A DNA stretch of 64,000 bases from an uncultured Arcobacter sp. (GTDB taxonomy: Bacteria > Campylobacterota > Campylobacteria > Campylobacterales > Arcobacteraceae), in assembly GCA_965140705.1 (NCBI GenBank), contig OZ223300.1, forward strand, positions 800,001 to 864,000, given 5' to 3'. Of this stretch, positions 1 to 9,666 are shown piece by piece. The notes below the pieces were generated by a model. It was not told the DNA's origin. It worked only from the letters and a program-made list of their open reading frames with translations, and did no database searches. Made by a program: the position numbers and the translations under genes. The stretch's first letter is position 1, and each line of letters starts with the position of its first letter.

Positions 1-845
1 AAATCTGATGATTTTCCAGAAATACCTAAAATACCTGATTTTTTATTCATAATATCAAGTGCTTCTTCTATAGTCATGTTTTCTTGATGCATCATAAATT
101 GTAAAGCCCCAGCACCAACATCTCCAGATCTAGTACCCATCATAAGACCTTGAACAGGAGTTAGTCCCATAGAAGTATCAATACATTTACCATCATGTAC
201 AGCAGAAACAGAAGAGCCATTTCCTAAGTGACATACGATGATTCTAGTATTATGTTTTCTATCTAACATTTGTCTAGCTTCATTTGATACAAAGAAGTGA
301 CTAGTACCGTGGAAACCATACTTTCTAATACCATGTTTAGTATATTGGTCATAAGGAAGAGCATACATATATGCATAATCTGGCATTGTTTGGTGAAATG
401 CTGTATCAAATACTGCAACATTTGGTTTACCAGGCATAAGTTCTTGACATATTTCCATACCTAAAATATTTGCTGGATTATGTAATGGAGCAAGAGGTAT
501 AAGTTTTTTCATAGTCTCAATTACTCTATCATTTACTAAAATTGAAGCTGAGAATTCTTCTCCCCCATGTACAGCTCTATGTCCTATTGCTTCAATATCA
601 TTGATTGAATCAATAACTTTACCTTCCCCCGAAGTTAAAGTTGATAAAACTGCTTCAATAGCTTCTTTGTGCGTTGGCATAGCAATATCAAGTTTTAACT
701 CTTTATCCTCACCATACTCATGTTTTAAAACCCCATCAATACCTATTCTTTCACAAATACCTGATGCAAAAACTTTTTTAATAATTGGATTCATTAATTG
801 ATATTTTAATGATGAACTTCCTGCGTTTAAGATGAATACTAACAT
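1..845 (-). CDS. ackA: Acetate kinase, copy 1 (3' end runs off the window start)
   Basis: Not in the ORF track. Minus strand from ATG at 845 reads MLVFILNAGSSSLKYQ, with later VFDTAFHQT, YGFHGTSH and CHLGNGSS motifs. AAAGGAG RBS upstream; lies directly downstream of pta. Confidence 0.95.
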   Translation of the reverse strand, partial: MLVFILNAGSSSLKYQLMNPIIKKVFASGICERIGIDGVLKHEYGEDKELKLDIAMPTHKEAIEAVLSTLTSGEGKVIDSINDIEAIGHRAVHGGEEFSASILVNDRVIETMKKLIPLAPLHNPANILGMEICQELMPGKPNVAVFDTAFHQTMPDYAYMYALPYDQYTKHGIRKYGFHGTSHFFVSNEARQMLDRKHNTRIIVCHLGNGSSVSAVHDGKCIDTSMGLTPVQGLMMGTRSGDVGAGALQFMMHQENMTIEEALDIMNKKSGILGISGKSSD

Positions 846-873
846 AAATAAAACTCCTTTGTTTGATTGTTTA

Positions 874-1872
874 TTATTTTACTACTTGAGTTGCTGTAAT
901 AGCTACTAAATTTGAAATATCTTCAATAGAACAACCTCTTGAAAGGTCATTTACTGGTTTATTTAGACCTTGAACAATAGGTCCATGTGCTGCAGCCCCT
1001 GCAAATCTTTGTACTAATTTATATCCTATATTTCCAGATTGTAAATCAGGGAATACTAAAACATTAGCTTTTCCTGCTACTTTTGAACCTGGTGCTTTTG
1101 AAGCCCCCACCGCTTCAATTATCGCAGCATCTGCTTGCATTTCACCATCAAAAGAGAAATTAACATTTCTCTCTTCTAAAATATCACAAGCAAATTGAAC
1201 TTTATCAACTAAAGGATGTTTTGCACTACCTTTTGTAGAAAAAGACAACATTGCAACTCTTGGCTCTAATCCAACAACACTTTTTGCAGTTGTTGCAGTT
1301 GCACTTGCAATATCTGCTAGTTGTTCAGCATTTGGCTCTGGATTTACAGCACAATCTGCAAATAAAATGAGTCCATTATCTCCAAATTTACCATCGGCAG
1401 TTTCCATAATAAATGTAGAAGAAACAGTGCTTATTCCTGGTGCTGTTTTAATAACTTGTATTGCAGCTCTTAAAACATCAGCTGTAGGTGAACTTGATCC
1501 TGCAACTAAACCATCAGCATCTCCAAGTCTTACCATCATACATCCAAAGAATCTAGGTTCAGTTGTCATGATTTCTCTAGCTTCTTCTTCTGTTAACCCC
1601 TTAGATTTTCTAAGTTGAACTAATTCATCTACATATTTATCTAAATCATTAAAAGATTTTGGATTTATTATTGAAGCTCCATCAATATTTGCATCGCATG
1701 CTTTTGCATCTGCTTTGATTTTATCCTCATCCCCAATTAAAATAATATTAGCAGTCTTATCTTTTAAAACTTGCTGTGTTGCTTTTAGAACTCTTTCATC
1801 TTCAGATTCTGGAAGAACGATAGTTCTTAATTCCTCTTTGGCTTTTGACTTAATATTCTCAATTAGACCCAT
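874..1872 (-). CDS. pta: Phosphate acetyltransferase (short, catalytic-domain-only form)
   Basis: IVLPESEDERVL, FADCAVNPEP, SFSTKGSA, DGEMQADAA, GNIGYKLVQR and PVNDLSRG motifs. Confidence 0.95.
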   Translation of the reverse strand: MGLIENIKSKAKEELRTIVLPESEDERVLKATQQVLKDKTANIILIGDEDKIKADAKACDANIDGASIINPKSFNDLDKYVDELVQLRKSKGLTEEEAREIMTTEPRFFGCMMVRLGDADGLVAGSSSPTADVLRAAIQVIKTAPGISTVSSTFIMETADGKFGDNGLILFADCAVNPEPNAEQLADIASATATTAKSVVGLEPRVAMLSFSTKGSAKHPLVDKVQFACDILEERNVNFSFDGEMQADAAIIEAVGASKAPGSKVAGKANVLVFPDLQSGNIGYKLVQRFAGAAAHGPIVQGLNKPVNDLSRGCSIEDISNLVAITATQVVK

Positions 1873-1905
1873 AGAATTAACCCTTTCTGCTTAATTTGTA
1901 TTTAG

Positions 1906-1938
1906 ATTATATTTTACTAAGATAGCATTAATATAGCA
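1906..1938 (-). promoter_or_regulatory. Putative pta promoter: TGCTAT direct repeat (11-bp period) plus TATAAT -10
   Basis: Plus-strand ATAGCA at 1922-1927 and 1933-1938; ATTATA (TATAAT on minus) at 1906-1911, 10 bp from the proximal repeat. Confidence 0.5.
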
Positions 1939-2107
1939 AGTATATATATTCTAAATAGTAGATAACAATTTTATGTAATGTATTACAAAAAGATACATAA
2001 TTTTTACATATTTTAATTTAAAATAAAAAAATGGGTAGAAAAGTAATAAAAAATTAGTTATTTAAAAGATTATTTTGTTTGTATAGGTAGTTCAAGAGTG
2101 TGTTCTT

Positions 2108-2422
2108 TTAACAACACTCTTGTTCACATTTATTTAATGCATTTATTGCCTGTTCATCTTCTGCTTTTTCAAAAAGTTCATCTAAGTAAAAGCTATTAGA
2201 ACAGACTAAATATAGTAGTTCTTCTTTTGTATCAGATTTTGGATCTCTATCATAATAAGCTTGTGGAATCATTGGAACTATCTTTTTCCAATAAATATTC
2301 ATATTTTTTGGATTCTCCAGTACTCTTAACATATTGTCAATAACCACACAAGCATTTTCAAAGCAATCAATGTTTTTAAAGCTTTCATAACTCTCGTTTA
2401 CTCTTATTTCAAAATTAGACAT
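2108..2422 (-). CDS. cowN: CowN-family N2-fixation sustaining protein (CO protection of nitrogenase)
   Basis: About 100 aa with Y-x-SF-x-x-IDC-x-x-NA near the N-terminus, N-x-YW, ELFE-x-x-EDE-x-A and a C-terminal EQECC, matching the CowN pattern. Confidence 0.75.
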   Translation of the reverse strand: MSNFEIRVNESYESFKNIDCFENACVVIDNMLRVLENPKNMNIYWKKIVPMIPQAYYDRDPKSDTKEELLYLVCSNSFYLDELFEKAEDEQAINALNKCEQECC

Positions 2423-2520
2423 TTTTTCTCCTACAGTATGTCTAAAAATTATACAGTTTAATTTACATTTTGTTATGATATTAAATGAAAAATTATTGAC
2501 ATTTTACGAAATGGAGTTAT

Positions 2521-3522
2521 ATGGCAAAGGTTTCTTCTATTACATTTCACTATGTAATAAAAGCTTTAGAAAAAAATAGTTCAATTACTATTGATGAAAT
2601 GTTAGAACAAGTTGATTTATCAAAAGAGATTTTATTAAAAGAAAATGTTCAAATAGAGAGTTCAAAATTATCTGATATCTTTAATTATTGCATAAAAAAA
2701 AGTGGTGATAATACTTTATCATTGAAAATAGGAAGTTCTATTACCTATCACTCTTTAGGTATTTTAGGTTATTTATTACTTAATGCCAAAAATCTAAAAG
2801 ATGTGATAGAAAAATTTGATAATTATCAAAAACTTATTAGTGGTTTTATGAAATTTAATTTATCAAAAGATGAAGAGTATTATAAAATGGCTATATATAT
2901 AAATGAAAATCCAGTGATTCCAGTACCTAAATATCATGCTGAAGTTCATTTAAGTGCAATAATGGCAATTTTAAATCAACTTATTGGTCATAAAATTACT
3001 CCTGATTTAACATTTTTTTCAACAAATAGTTTAGATGATATTGAAAAATATAATGAAATATTTGGTAAAAATATTATGTTAAATAAAAATGAAAATGCAA
3101 TTTTATTTAAAAGAAGTAAATTAAATATTGAAATAAATAATTCAAACCCTTTGATGCTAGAATATTTTGAAACACAAGCAAATAGAATACTAGAAACTAT
3201 GGTAGCAAGTACTTGGTACTCAAAAGTAAAAAGAGAAATTTTAAAAAATATTGGAGAACATGATATAAGTATTGAATTTATATCAAATAAATTAAATGTT
3301 AGTACTCGAACATTACAATATAATTTAAAAGCTGAAAATAAAAAGTTTAGAGATGCTTTGTTAAGTGTTAAGATGCAATTGGCAAATCATTATATAAAAA
3401 ATACAAAAATGGATTTTGGAAGTATTGCTATTTTATTAGGATATAAAGAGTCTAGCTCATTTTTTAGGGCTTATAAAAAGTATTATAAGCAAACTCCTAG
3501 GAGTTTCGAAGTAAAGGGTTAA
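2521..3522 (+). CDS. AraC-family transcriptional regulator (ligand-binding N-domain plus double HTH)
   Basis: 333 aa; LGILGYLL in the N-domain; C-terminal LNVSTRTLQYNL and IAILLGYKESSSFFRAYKKYYKQTP. Confidence 0.9.
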   Translation: MAKVSSITFHYVIKALEKNSSITIDEMLEQVDLSKEILLKENVQIESSKLSDIFNYCIKKSGDNTLSLKIGSSITYHSLGILGYLLLNAKNLKDVIEKFDNYQKLISGFMKFNLSKDEEYYKMAIYINENPVIPVPKYHAEVHLSAIMAILNQLIGHKITPDLTFFSTNSLDDIEKYNEIFGKNIMLNKNENAILFKRSKLNIEINNSNPLMLEYFETQANRILETMVASTWYSKVKREILKNIGEHDISIEFISNKLNVSTRTLQYNLKAENKKFRDALLSVKMQLANHYIKNTKMDFGSIAILLGYKESSSFFRAYKKYYKQTPRSFEVKG

Positions 3523-4715
3523 TTACCCTTTACTAACTTGTATGTATCTTGTGCTATTACAAGTTCTTCATTTGTAGGAATTACAAATATTCTTGTATTA
3601 GAATCTTCTGTACTTATTTCTCTATTTTCTTTTGATCTTATTTTATTTTTCTCTTTATCTAGAATAATTCCCATAAAGTCTAAATCAGAACAGGCATTTT
3701 CTCTTATTAAATCTGAATTTTCACCAATACCAGCTGTAAAACAAATAGCATCAACTCCACCCATTAATCCTGCATATGAACAGATAAATCTTTTGATTTT
3801 ATTACATAACATTTTAATAGTAGTTTTTGCTCTTTTATCCCCATCATTGGCAGCTTTTATTACTTCTCTTAAATCAGAGCTAATACCAGATAATCCCAAA
3901 ATACCAGATTTTTTATTTAGATAATCAATTATTTGATGGGGATCCATATTTTTTTTGCCCATTAGATATGGAATAACACCAGCATCAATATCCCCACATC
4001 TAGTACCCATAATTAAACCTTCTAGTGGAGTTAATCCCATAGTTGTACATAGTGATTTCCCATCTTTAACTGCACAAAGTGAAGACCCATTTCCTAAATG
4101 ACAAACAATAATTTTAGTATTTTTCTTATTTCCTAAAAGTTTTATTGCTTCCTTTGAAACATAACTATGACTTGTACCATGGAAACCATATTTTCTTAGT
4201 TTGTATTTTGTGTAATCTTCATGTGGAACAGCATATAAATAGTTTTCAGGTGGCATTGTTTGATGAAATGCTGTATCAAATACTGCTACATTTGGTTTAC
4301 CAGGAATAAGTTCTTGACAAATTCTCATACCTAAAATATTTGCAGAATTATGTAAAGGTGCTAAAGGTATTAGCTCTTCTATTTGTTTGATTACTTTTTC
4401 TGTGATTATTACTGATGATTTAAAGTTTTCCCCACCATGAACAACTCTGTGACCAATAGCATCAATTTCATCAACAGAATCAATAACTTTCGTTTCATAA
4501 ATAGTTAATGTTTTTAAAACAAGTTCAATTGCTTCTTTATGTGTTGGCATCTCTATTTCAAAAGTTAATTTTTTATTTACACCAACTTCATGTTTAAGTA
4601 TTCCATCAATTCCAATTCTTTCAACTAATCCACTAGCTATTGCTACCCCTGTTTTAGTATCTACTAGTTGATATTTTAAAGAAGAACTCCCCGCATTTAA
4701 TACAAGTACTAACAT
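3519..4715 (-). CDS. ackA: Acetate kinase, copy 2 (possibly acetate/propionate kinase)
   Basis: VLNAGSSSLKY, GHRVVHGG, APLHN, VFDTAFHQT, YGFHGTSH, FTAGIGEN and PTNEE motifs. Confidence 0.95.
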   Translation of the reverse strand: MLVLVLNAGSSSLKYQLVDTKTGVAIASGLVERIGIDGILKHEVGVNKKLTFEIEMPTHKEAIELVLKTLTIYETKVIDSVDEIDAIGHRVVHGGENFKSSVIITEKVIKQIEELIPLAPLHNSANILGMRICQELIPGKPNVAVFDTAFHQTMPPENYLYAVPHEDYTKYKLRKYGFHGTSHSYVSKEAIKLLGNKKNTKIIVCHLGNGSSLCAVKDGKSLCTTMGLTPLEGLIMGTRCGDIDAGVIPYLMGKKNMDPHQIIDYLNKKSGILGLSGISSDLREVIKAANDGDKRAKTTIKMLCNKIKRFICSYAGLMGGVDAICFTAGIGENSDLIRENACSDLDFMGIILDKEKNKIRSKENREISTEDSNTRIFVIPTNEELVIAQDTYKLVKGN

Positions 4716-4802
4716 ATATAAATCCCTTCGTTATAATTTAAGGTAAAGATTATAGTAGTATTTTTTGGAAATACTTATTAAGTTATTATTTAAATTTGCT
4801 TA

Positions 4803-5432
4803 TTAAGTATAAAAAGTTGATTTGGCAGCTGGTAAACCTTTTAGTTTTAGAAAAATCATTGAAGTCATTATTGCATCATTTAGAGCATCATGTTTACCCA
4901 ATAGTGGTATATCTAACTCTTTCATTATTGTGTCAAACTTTAAATCTACAAATTCATAATCACTTCTTCTTTTTTTAGTTTTATAATACATTGAAGATAC
5001 TTCAATTGAAGAGTTTGGAAGTTTTATACCAATGTATTTTTTAGTATATCTTGAAATAATTGCTATATCAAATTTTATATAATATCCCACAATAACTCTC
5101 GAACCAATAAATTTTAGAAGTTCATAAATAGCTTCTTCTGGGTCAATTGCATTTTCTAAATCTATTGGTCTTATTCTATGAATAAGAATTGATTGTGTAG
5201 ATATTTTATCAGATGGTTTAACATATATGTTAAATGTTTTGCTCATTAGCACTTTATTTTCTTTGATAATAACTGCACCAATAGATAAAATTTCATCCTT
5301 TTTGGGATTTAGACCTGTGGTTTCACAGTCTAAACAAACATATTCATTTTTTGGTTCTTCATCAAAAAGATATTCAAACTCTTTTTTTATGAGTTTTTTC
5401 TTTTGTAAATTTTTAAAAAAGTTTTTAAACAT
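4803..5432 (-). CDS. DEDDh 3'-5' exonuclease (DnaQ-like), partner of the DUF294 protein
   Basis: LDCETTG, FD and HDALNDA motifs; start overlaps the upstream stop codon by 1 nt. Confidence 0.9.
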   Translation of the reverse strand: MFKNFFKNLQKKKLIKKEFEYLFDEEPKNEYVCLDCETTGLNPKKDEILSIGAVIIKENKVLMSKTFNIYVKPSDKISTQSILIHRIRPIDLENAIDPEEAIYELLKFIGSRVIVGYYIKFDIAIISRYTKKYIGIKLPNSSIEVSSMYYKTKKRRSDYEFVDLKFDTIMKELDIPLLGKHDALNDAIMTSMIFLKLKGLPAAKSTFYT

Positions 5433-7249
5433 TATGAAATCTTATCTATTCTAAATGTATATGTAATAAATTTTTTAAAATCAATTACAATTTTAAAACT
5501 ATCTTTTAATAAATCCCTTTCTATTTTTCCCAAAGAATGAGTATCTATTTCATTATTTATTTTTTTATTTTCTTGAAGTTTTAAAAGTTGTGATTTTAAT
5601 CTTAAGGTACAAAGTACATCAAATGCTTCTAATAATTCATTTGCCATACTTGGTTCTAAAACTTTTTTTCTCTCTAAAATTTTGATTCTTTTTACTGTTG
5701 TTGTTTCTCTAATTCTTTCTCTTAGTGCAAGGCTTCTTACTCCTTGAACAATAGGAAAAATCCCAGTTTTCTTTATATCAATGTAGTGAGTTTTTGTCAT
5801 AAAATTTGCAATAATATTTGGTGTATCAAAGGCTAGAGTTGCTTTTGCGAAGTATGCCATAAAGACATCTTTGTCATGTAGTTTATTAAATAAATCATCT
5901 TTTAATTTAATTAATAACTCTTTATCTCCTGCAACTGCAAAAGAGTCAAAAAATATTGCCAAATCCATATAGTTTTGCATATCAGGTGCTTCAATCCATT
6001 TTTTTGTTTCATCTGTATACTCTTGAAAACTTTTACACCAAAATGGGTTAGAAACCATTATATTACCTTCACAAGGTGGATAACCAAAATCTATTAATGT
6101 TTTTGTTATCTCTTCCATATATGGTCTATACTGTTCAACATCAACTCCGTCTTTTATAATCAAAGCATTGTCTTGATCAGTTTTTATTATTTGTTCGTTT
6201 CTTCCTTCACTACCCATAACAACCAAACAAGCATTGTTTAGTAGCTCTTTTGGCATGATTAAACCATATAACTTTTTATAAACTTTTGTATTTAATTGAC
6301 CAATTAAATTTGATATATGATTTACTTTTACACCTTTTGCATTTAAAATTGTAATTGTATTGATTAATTCAATACTTGCTTGTTTTAAATCTTTTATATT
6401 TGAGGCTTTTTTTATTTTTGAATCTACCACATAAGTATGGTTTGCAAAGTGTGATAAAACATCAATTTGTTCTAAAATTCCTAGCATATTTCCACTATTA
6501 TCTATAACCCCGACTCTTTTTATATTTTTCTTTATTAGTATTGAAAAAGCATCAAATAAATAGTCATCTTTATTTACAGTCAAAAGTGGGAAAATCGCAA
6601 TATCATCCACTGGAATAGTTAATGTTCGTCCCTCTAATAGAACTTTCATTTTTAATAATGAGTCTGTTATAATCCCATACTTTCCATCTTTTTCAACAAT
6701 GATAGTTGAAGTGTTAAATTTAATAGAACTTTCAATGGCATCAATTAGTTTTGTTCCACTTTGTACAATACAAGGTTCATGGGTAACTGTATCAGATACT
6801 TTTGCAATCATAAAAGATGATAGCTCTGAAGTATATTTTTTCTCTTTTAAATTTTGTAATTTACTTACTAAATTATTTAAGAAAAATTCTTTGAATTTAT
6901 CATTATTTTCAATTAGAGTAAGAAAAGTTTTTTTTTCTAATTCATAACAAATTAAATCCTCTTTTACTATAAAACTATTTTTACATTCACCATAAATTAA
7001 TGAATTTGCATCAAATGAATCTTCTTGATGAAAATCCATGACCAATTGTTCTTCACTTGTAATTTCATGAACAGTACCTTTTATAATAATAAAAAAGTGA
7101 GTTGAATTTTTTTCAGGACTTAATATAGTCGTATCTTTTGGATAATAGGCAATATCCATATTTTTAATACAAAGATTCATTTCTTCTTCATTTAAAACTT
7201 CAAAGGGATGTATATTTGATAGGAAAGATTCTTGGTCTCTTAAACTCAT
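5432..7249 (-). CDS. cNMP-binding / CBS-pair / DUF294 nucleotidyltransferase-like protein
   Basis: N-terminal cNMP-like domain (FIIIKGTV), CBS pair, NTase motif MGSEGRNEQIIKTDQDNAL, GYPPCEGNIMVSNP and DIKKTGIFPIVQGVR. Confidence 0.9.
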   Translation of the reverse strand: MSLRDQESFLSNIHPFEVLNEEEMNLCIKNMDIAYYPKDTTILSPEKNSTHFFIIIKGTVHEITSEEQLVMDFHQEDSFDANSLIYGECKNSFIVKEDLICYELEKKTFLTLIENNDKFKEFFLNNLVSKLQNLKEKKYTSELSSFMIAKVSDTVTHEPCIVQSGTKLIDAIESSIKFNTSTIIVEKDGKYGIITDSLLKMKVLLEGRTLTIPVDDIAIFPLLTVNKDDYLFDAFSILIKKNIKRVGVIDNSGNMLGILEQIDVLSHFANHTYVVDSKIKKASNIKDLKQASIELINTITILNAKGVKVNHISNLIGQLNTKVYKKLYGLIMPKELLNNACLVVMGSEGRNEQIIKTDQDNALIIKDGVDVEQYRPYMEEITKTLIDFGYPPCEGNIMVSNPFWCKSFQEYTDETKKWIEAPDMQNYMDLAIFFDSFAVAGDKELLIKLKDDLFNKLHDKDVFMAYFAKATLAFDTPNIIANFMTKTHYIDIKKTGIFPIVQGVRSLALRERIRETTTVKRIKILERKKVLEPSMANELLEAFDVLCTLRLKSQLLKLQENKKINNEIDTHSLGKIERDLLKDSFKIVIDFKKFITYTFRIDKIS

Positions 7250-7321
7250 TTAAAACCTTTTTTAAAGTATTGTACTCTCTTATTTATACTCTTTTAATAA
7301 ATAAAGTAGAAATAAAAAAGT

Positions 7322-7353
7322 AAAAAAAAAGTATACCCGAAGGTATACTTTTT
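7322..7353 (-). terminator. Rho-independent terminator after the symporter gene
   Basis: AAAAAGTATACC-CGAA-GGTATACTTTTT hairpin (TTCG loop on minus) followed by a T-run on the minus strand. Confidence 0.8.
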
Positions 7354-7370
7354 AGTAACAAATTGTAAGA

Positions 7371-9224
7371 CTAGTGATCTAAAGCTTCACCAGCACCTGA
7401 AGGAATTCTAATTCTTTCAACAAGATCTTGAATCTCTTGTGGTGGTGGAGGAGTCATTCTAGACACAATCAATGCAACAATTAAGTGTAAGATTGTTCCT
7501 ATTGTTCCAATACCAGTTGGAGCAATTCCGAATAGATAATTAGCTTTGTCCCCGCCCATGAATACAAAGTAAATAATATATCCGAATGTGAAAATTAAAC
7601 CAGTTAAAATACCAGCAATCGCACCTTCTTTATTCATTCTCTTATCAAATACCCCAAGGATAATTGTAGGGAAGAATGCAGCAGCAGCAAGTCCAAATGC
7701 AAATGCAACAACTTGTGCAACAAATCCTGGAGGGTGAATTCCTAAGTAACCAGCAATACAAATTGCAACTACTGCAGAGATTCTAGCCCACATTAACTCA
7801 GTTTTTTCGTTTAATGTAGATTTACCAGTTTCTGAATCTTTGAAAATAACTTGTCCCATTAAGTCATGAGAAATTGCAGAAGCAATTACAAGTAATAACC
7901 CAGCAGCAGTTGATAATGCAGCAGCAAGACCCCCAGCAGCGATGAATGCAATTACCCAGTTAGGTAAGTTAGCAATTTCAGGATTCGCAAGTACCATGAT
8001 ATCTCTATCAACGTATAACTCATTTTCTATTTTCCCACTGTTTGCAGCAGGTACAGCATTTGTAGTTAATCTTTCACCATATTCTCCAGTTTTAGTACCA
8101 TCGAATTGTGGTTTACCTTTAAATGCAGCATCAGGAGCATATTGAATTTTACCATCACCATTTCTATCAGTCCATGCTAACAATCCACCATGTTCCCAAG
8201 TTTTAAACCATTTACCATTGTTACCTTCAATTTCACCATTAACAAATGCTTTATATTCAACATTTTGAACATTTTTGATTAAGTTAACTCTTGAAAATGC
8301 AGCAACAGATGAAATAGTTGTATACATAATTGCAATAAATACTAATGCCCAACCAGCAGATACTCTAGCATCTTTAACAGTTGGAACTGTAAAGAATCTA
8401 ACAATAACATGTGGTAACCCAGCTGTACCAAGCATTAATGCAGTTGTTAACATAAATGTATTCCATAAGTTACCTGGTTGAGTATAAGCTTTAAAGCCTA
8501 AATCAGTAACGGCGGTATCTAAGGCATGCAGTAAATATGTACCTTCTGGAATAACTCTAACACCATCATCAAATGCAAATGTAGTAGTATTAAAAATACC
8601 TAATTGTGGTAAAAATGTATCAGTAACTTGTAGTGATAAGAAAATTGCAGGAATCATATATGCAAAAATCATAACAACATATTGAGCAACTTGTGTATAA
8701 GTGATACCTTTCATACCCCCAAGAACAGAATAGAAGAATACAATACCCATACCAATAAGCACCCCAGTATTAACATCAACTTGTAAGAATCTTGAGAAAA
8801 CGATACCAACCCCTCTCATTTGTCCAGCAACATATGTGAACGAAACGAAAATAACACCAATAACAGCAACTAATCTTGCTGTGTCTGAATAATATCTGTC
8901 ACCAACGAAGTCAGGAACAGTAAATTTACCAAATTTTCTTAAATATGGAGCAAGTAACATAGCAAGTAGAACATATCCCCCTGTCCAACCCATTAAGTAC
9001 GCACTTCCATCAGAACCTTTAAAAGATATGATACCTGCAAGTGAGATAAAAGATGCCGCTGACATCCAATCTGCTGCCGTTGCCATACCATTTGCAACTG
9101 GATGAACCCCCCCACCAGCTACATAGAAATCTTTTGTAGAACCAGCTTTTGCCCAAAGAGCAATACCAATATAAATTGCGAATGAGATACCTACGAATAG
9201 ATAAATTAATGATTGTAATTCCAT
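7371..9224 (-). CDS. Sodium:solute symporter, ActP-like acetate/monocarboxylate permease
   Basis: DFYVAGG, NGMATAADWMSAASF, GKFTVPDF, GTAGLPHVIVRFFTV and AAALSTAAGLL motifs; multiple hydrophobic helices; acetate-gene context. Confidence 0.9.
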   Translation of the reverse strand: MELQSLIYLFVGISFAIYIGIALWAKAGSTKDFYVAGGGVHPVANGMATAADWMSAASFISLAGIISFKGSDGSAYLMGWTGGYVLLAMLLAPYLRKFGKFTVPDFVGDRYYSDTARLVAVIGVIFVSFTYVAGQMRGVGIVFSRFLQVDVNTGVLIGMGIVFFYSVLGGMKGITYTQVAQYVVMIFAYMIPAIFLSLQVTDTFLPQLGIFNTTTFAFDDGVRVIPEGTYLLHALDTAVTDLGFKAYTQPGNLWNTFMLTTALMLGTAGLPHVIVRFFTVPTVKDARVSAGWALVFIAIMYTTISSVAAFSRVNLIKNVQNVEYKAFVNGEIEGNNGKWFKTWEHGGLLAWTDRNGDGKIQYAPDAAFKGKPQFDGTKTGEYGERLTTNAVPAANSGKIENELYVDRDIMVLANPEIANLPNWVIAFIAAGGLAAALSTAAGLLLVIASAISHDLMGQVIFKDSETGKSTLNEKTELMWARISAVVAICIAGYLGIHPPGFVAQVVAFAFGLAAAAFFPTIILGVFDKRMNKEGAIAGILTGLIFTFGYIIYFVFMGGDKANYLFGIAPTGIGTIGTILHLIVALIVSRMTPPPPQEIQDLVERIRIPSGAGEALDH

Positions 9225-9236
9225 ACTCTATTTCTC

Positions 9237-9491
9237 CTATTCGTGAACGCCATATTTTTCGTCAATGTTACTCATTAATTTAACATAAACAAAAATAAGA
9301 ACAACAAACACATATATTGCACCTTGTTGTGCAAACCAAAATCCAAGTTTAACACCACTGATTTCTATAGCATTTAATTCATTAATGAATATAATACCAC
9401 ATCCGTAAGAAACAACAAACCAAACTATAAGAAGTTTAAAGATTGTTGAAATATTCTCTTTCCAATAAGCCTGAGCTTTTTCTGGACTCAT
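9237..9491 (-). CDS. DUF4212 small membrane protein (symporter accessory subunit)
   Basis: Start moved to MSPEKAQAYWKEN, behind an AAAGGAG RBS; 84 aa with two TM segments and LGFWFAQQG. Confidence 0.85.
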   Translation of the reverse strand: MSPEKAQAYWKENISTIFKLLIVWFVVSYGCGIIFINELNAIEISGVKLGFWFAQQGAIYVFVVLIFVYVKLMSNIDEKYGVHE

Positions 9492-9552
9492 AGGTTCTCC
9501 TTTTTTGAATTTATTAAAAGAAAAGTTTTCTCTTTTAATAATTAACAATGTA

Positions 9553-9585
9553 ATTGTAATAAGGCTAAATAGCAAAAAGGTAGCA
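9553..9585 (-). promoter_or_regulatory. Putative symporter-operon promoter: TGCTA(C/T) direct repeat plus TACAAT -10
   Basis: Plus-strand ATAGCA at 9569-9574 and GTAGCA at 9580-9585; ATTGTA at 9553-9558, again 10 bp from the proximal repeat. Confidence 0.5.
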
Positions 9586-9666
9586 ATTGAATTATTTTTT
9601 GAATGAATTTTGAAATTTATGTAGTTTTTATGTAAATAAAAGAATAAAGTACCATATTATAGTACT

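Noticed and set aside
1974..1987. TGTAAT-GT-ATTACA palindrome as a NifA upstream activator site for cowN
   Set aside because: The spacing is TGT-N8-ACA, not N10, and it lies downstream of cowN; it may be a pta operator but support is weak.
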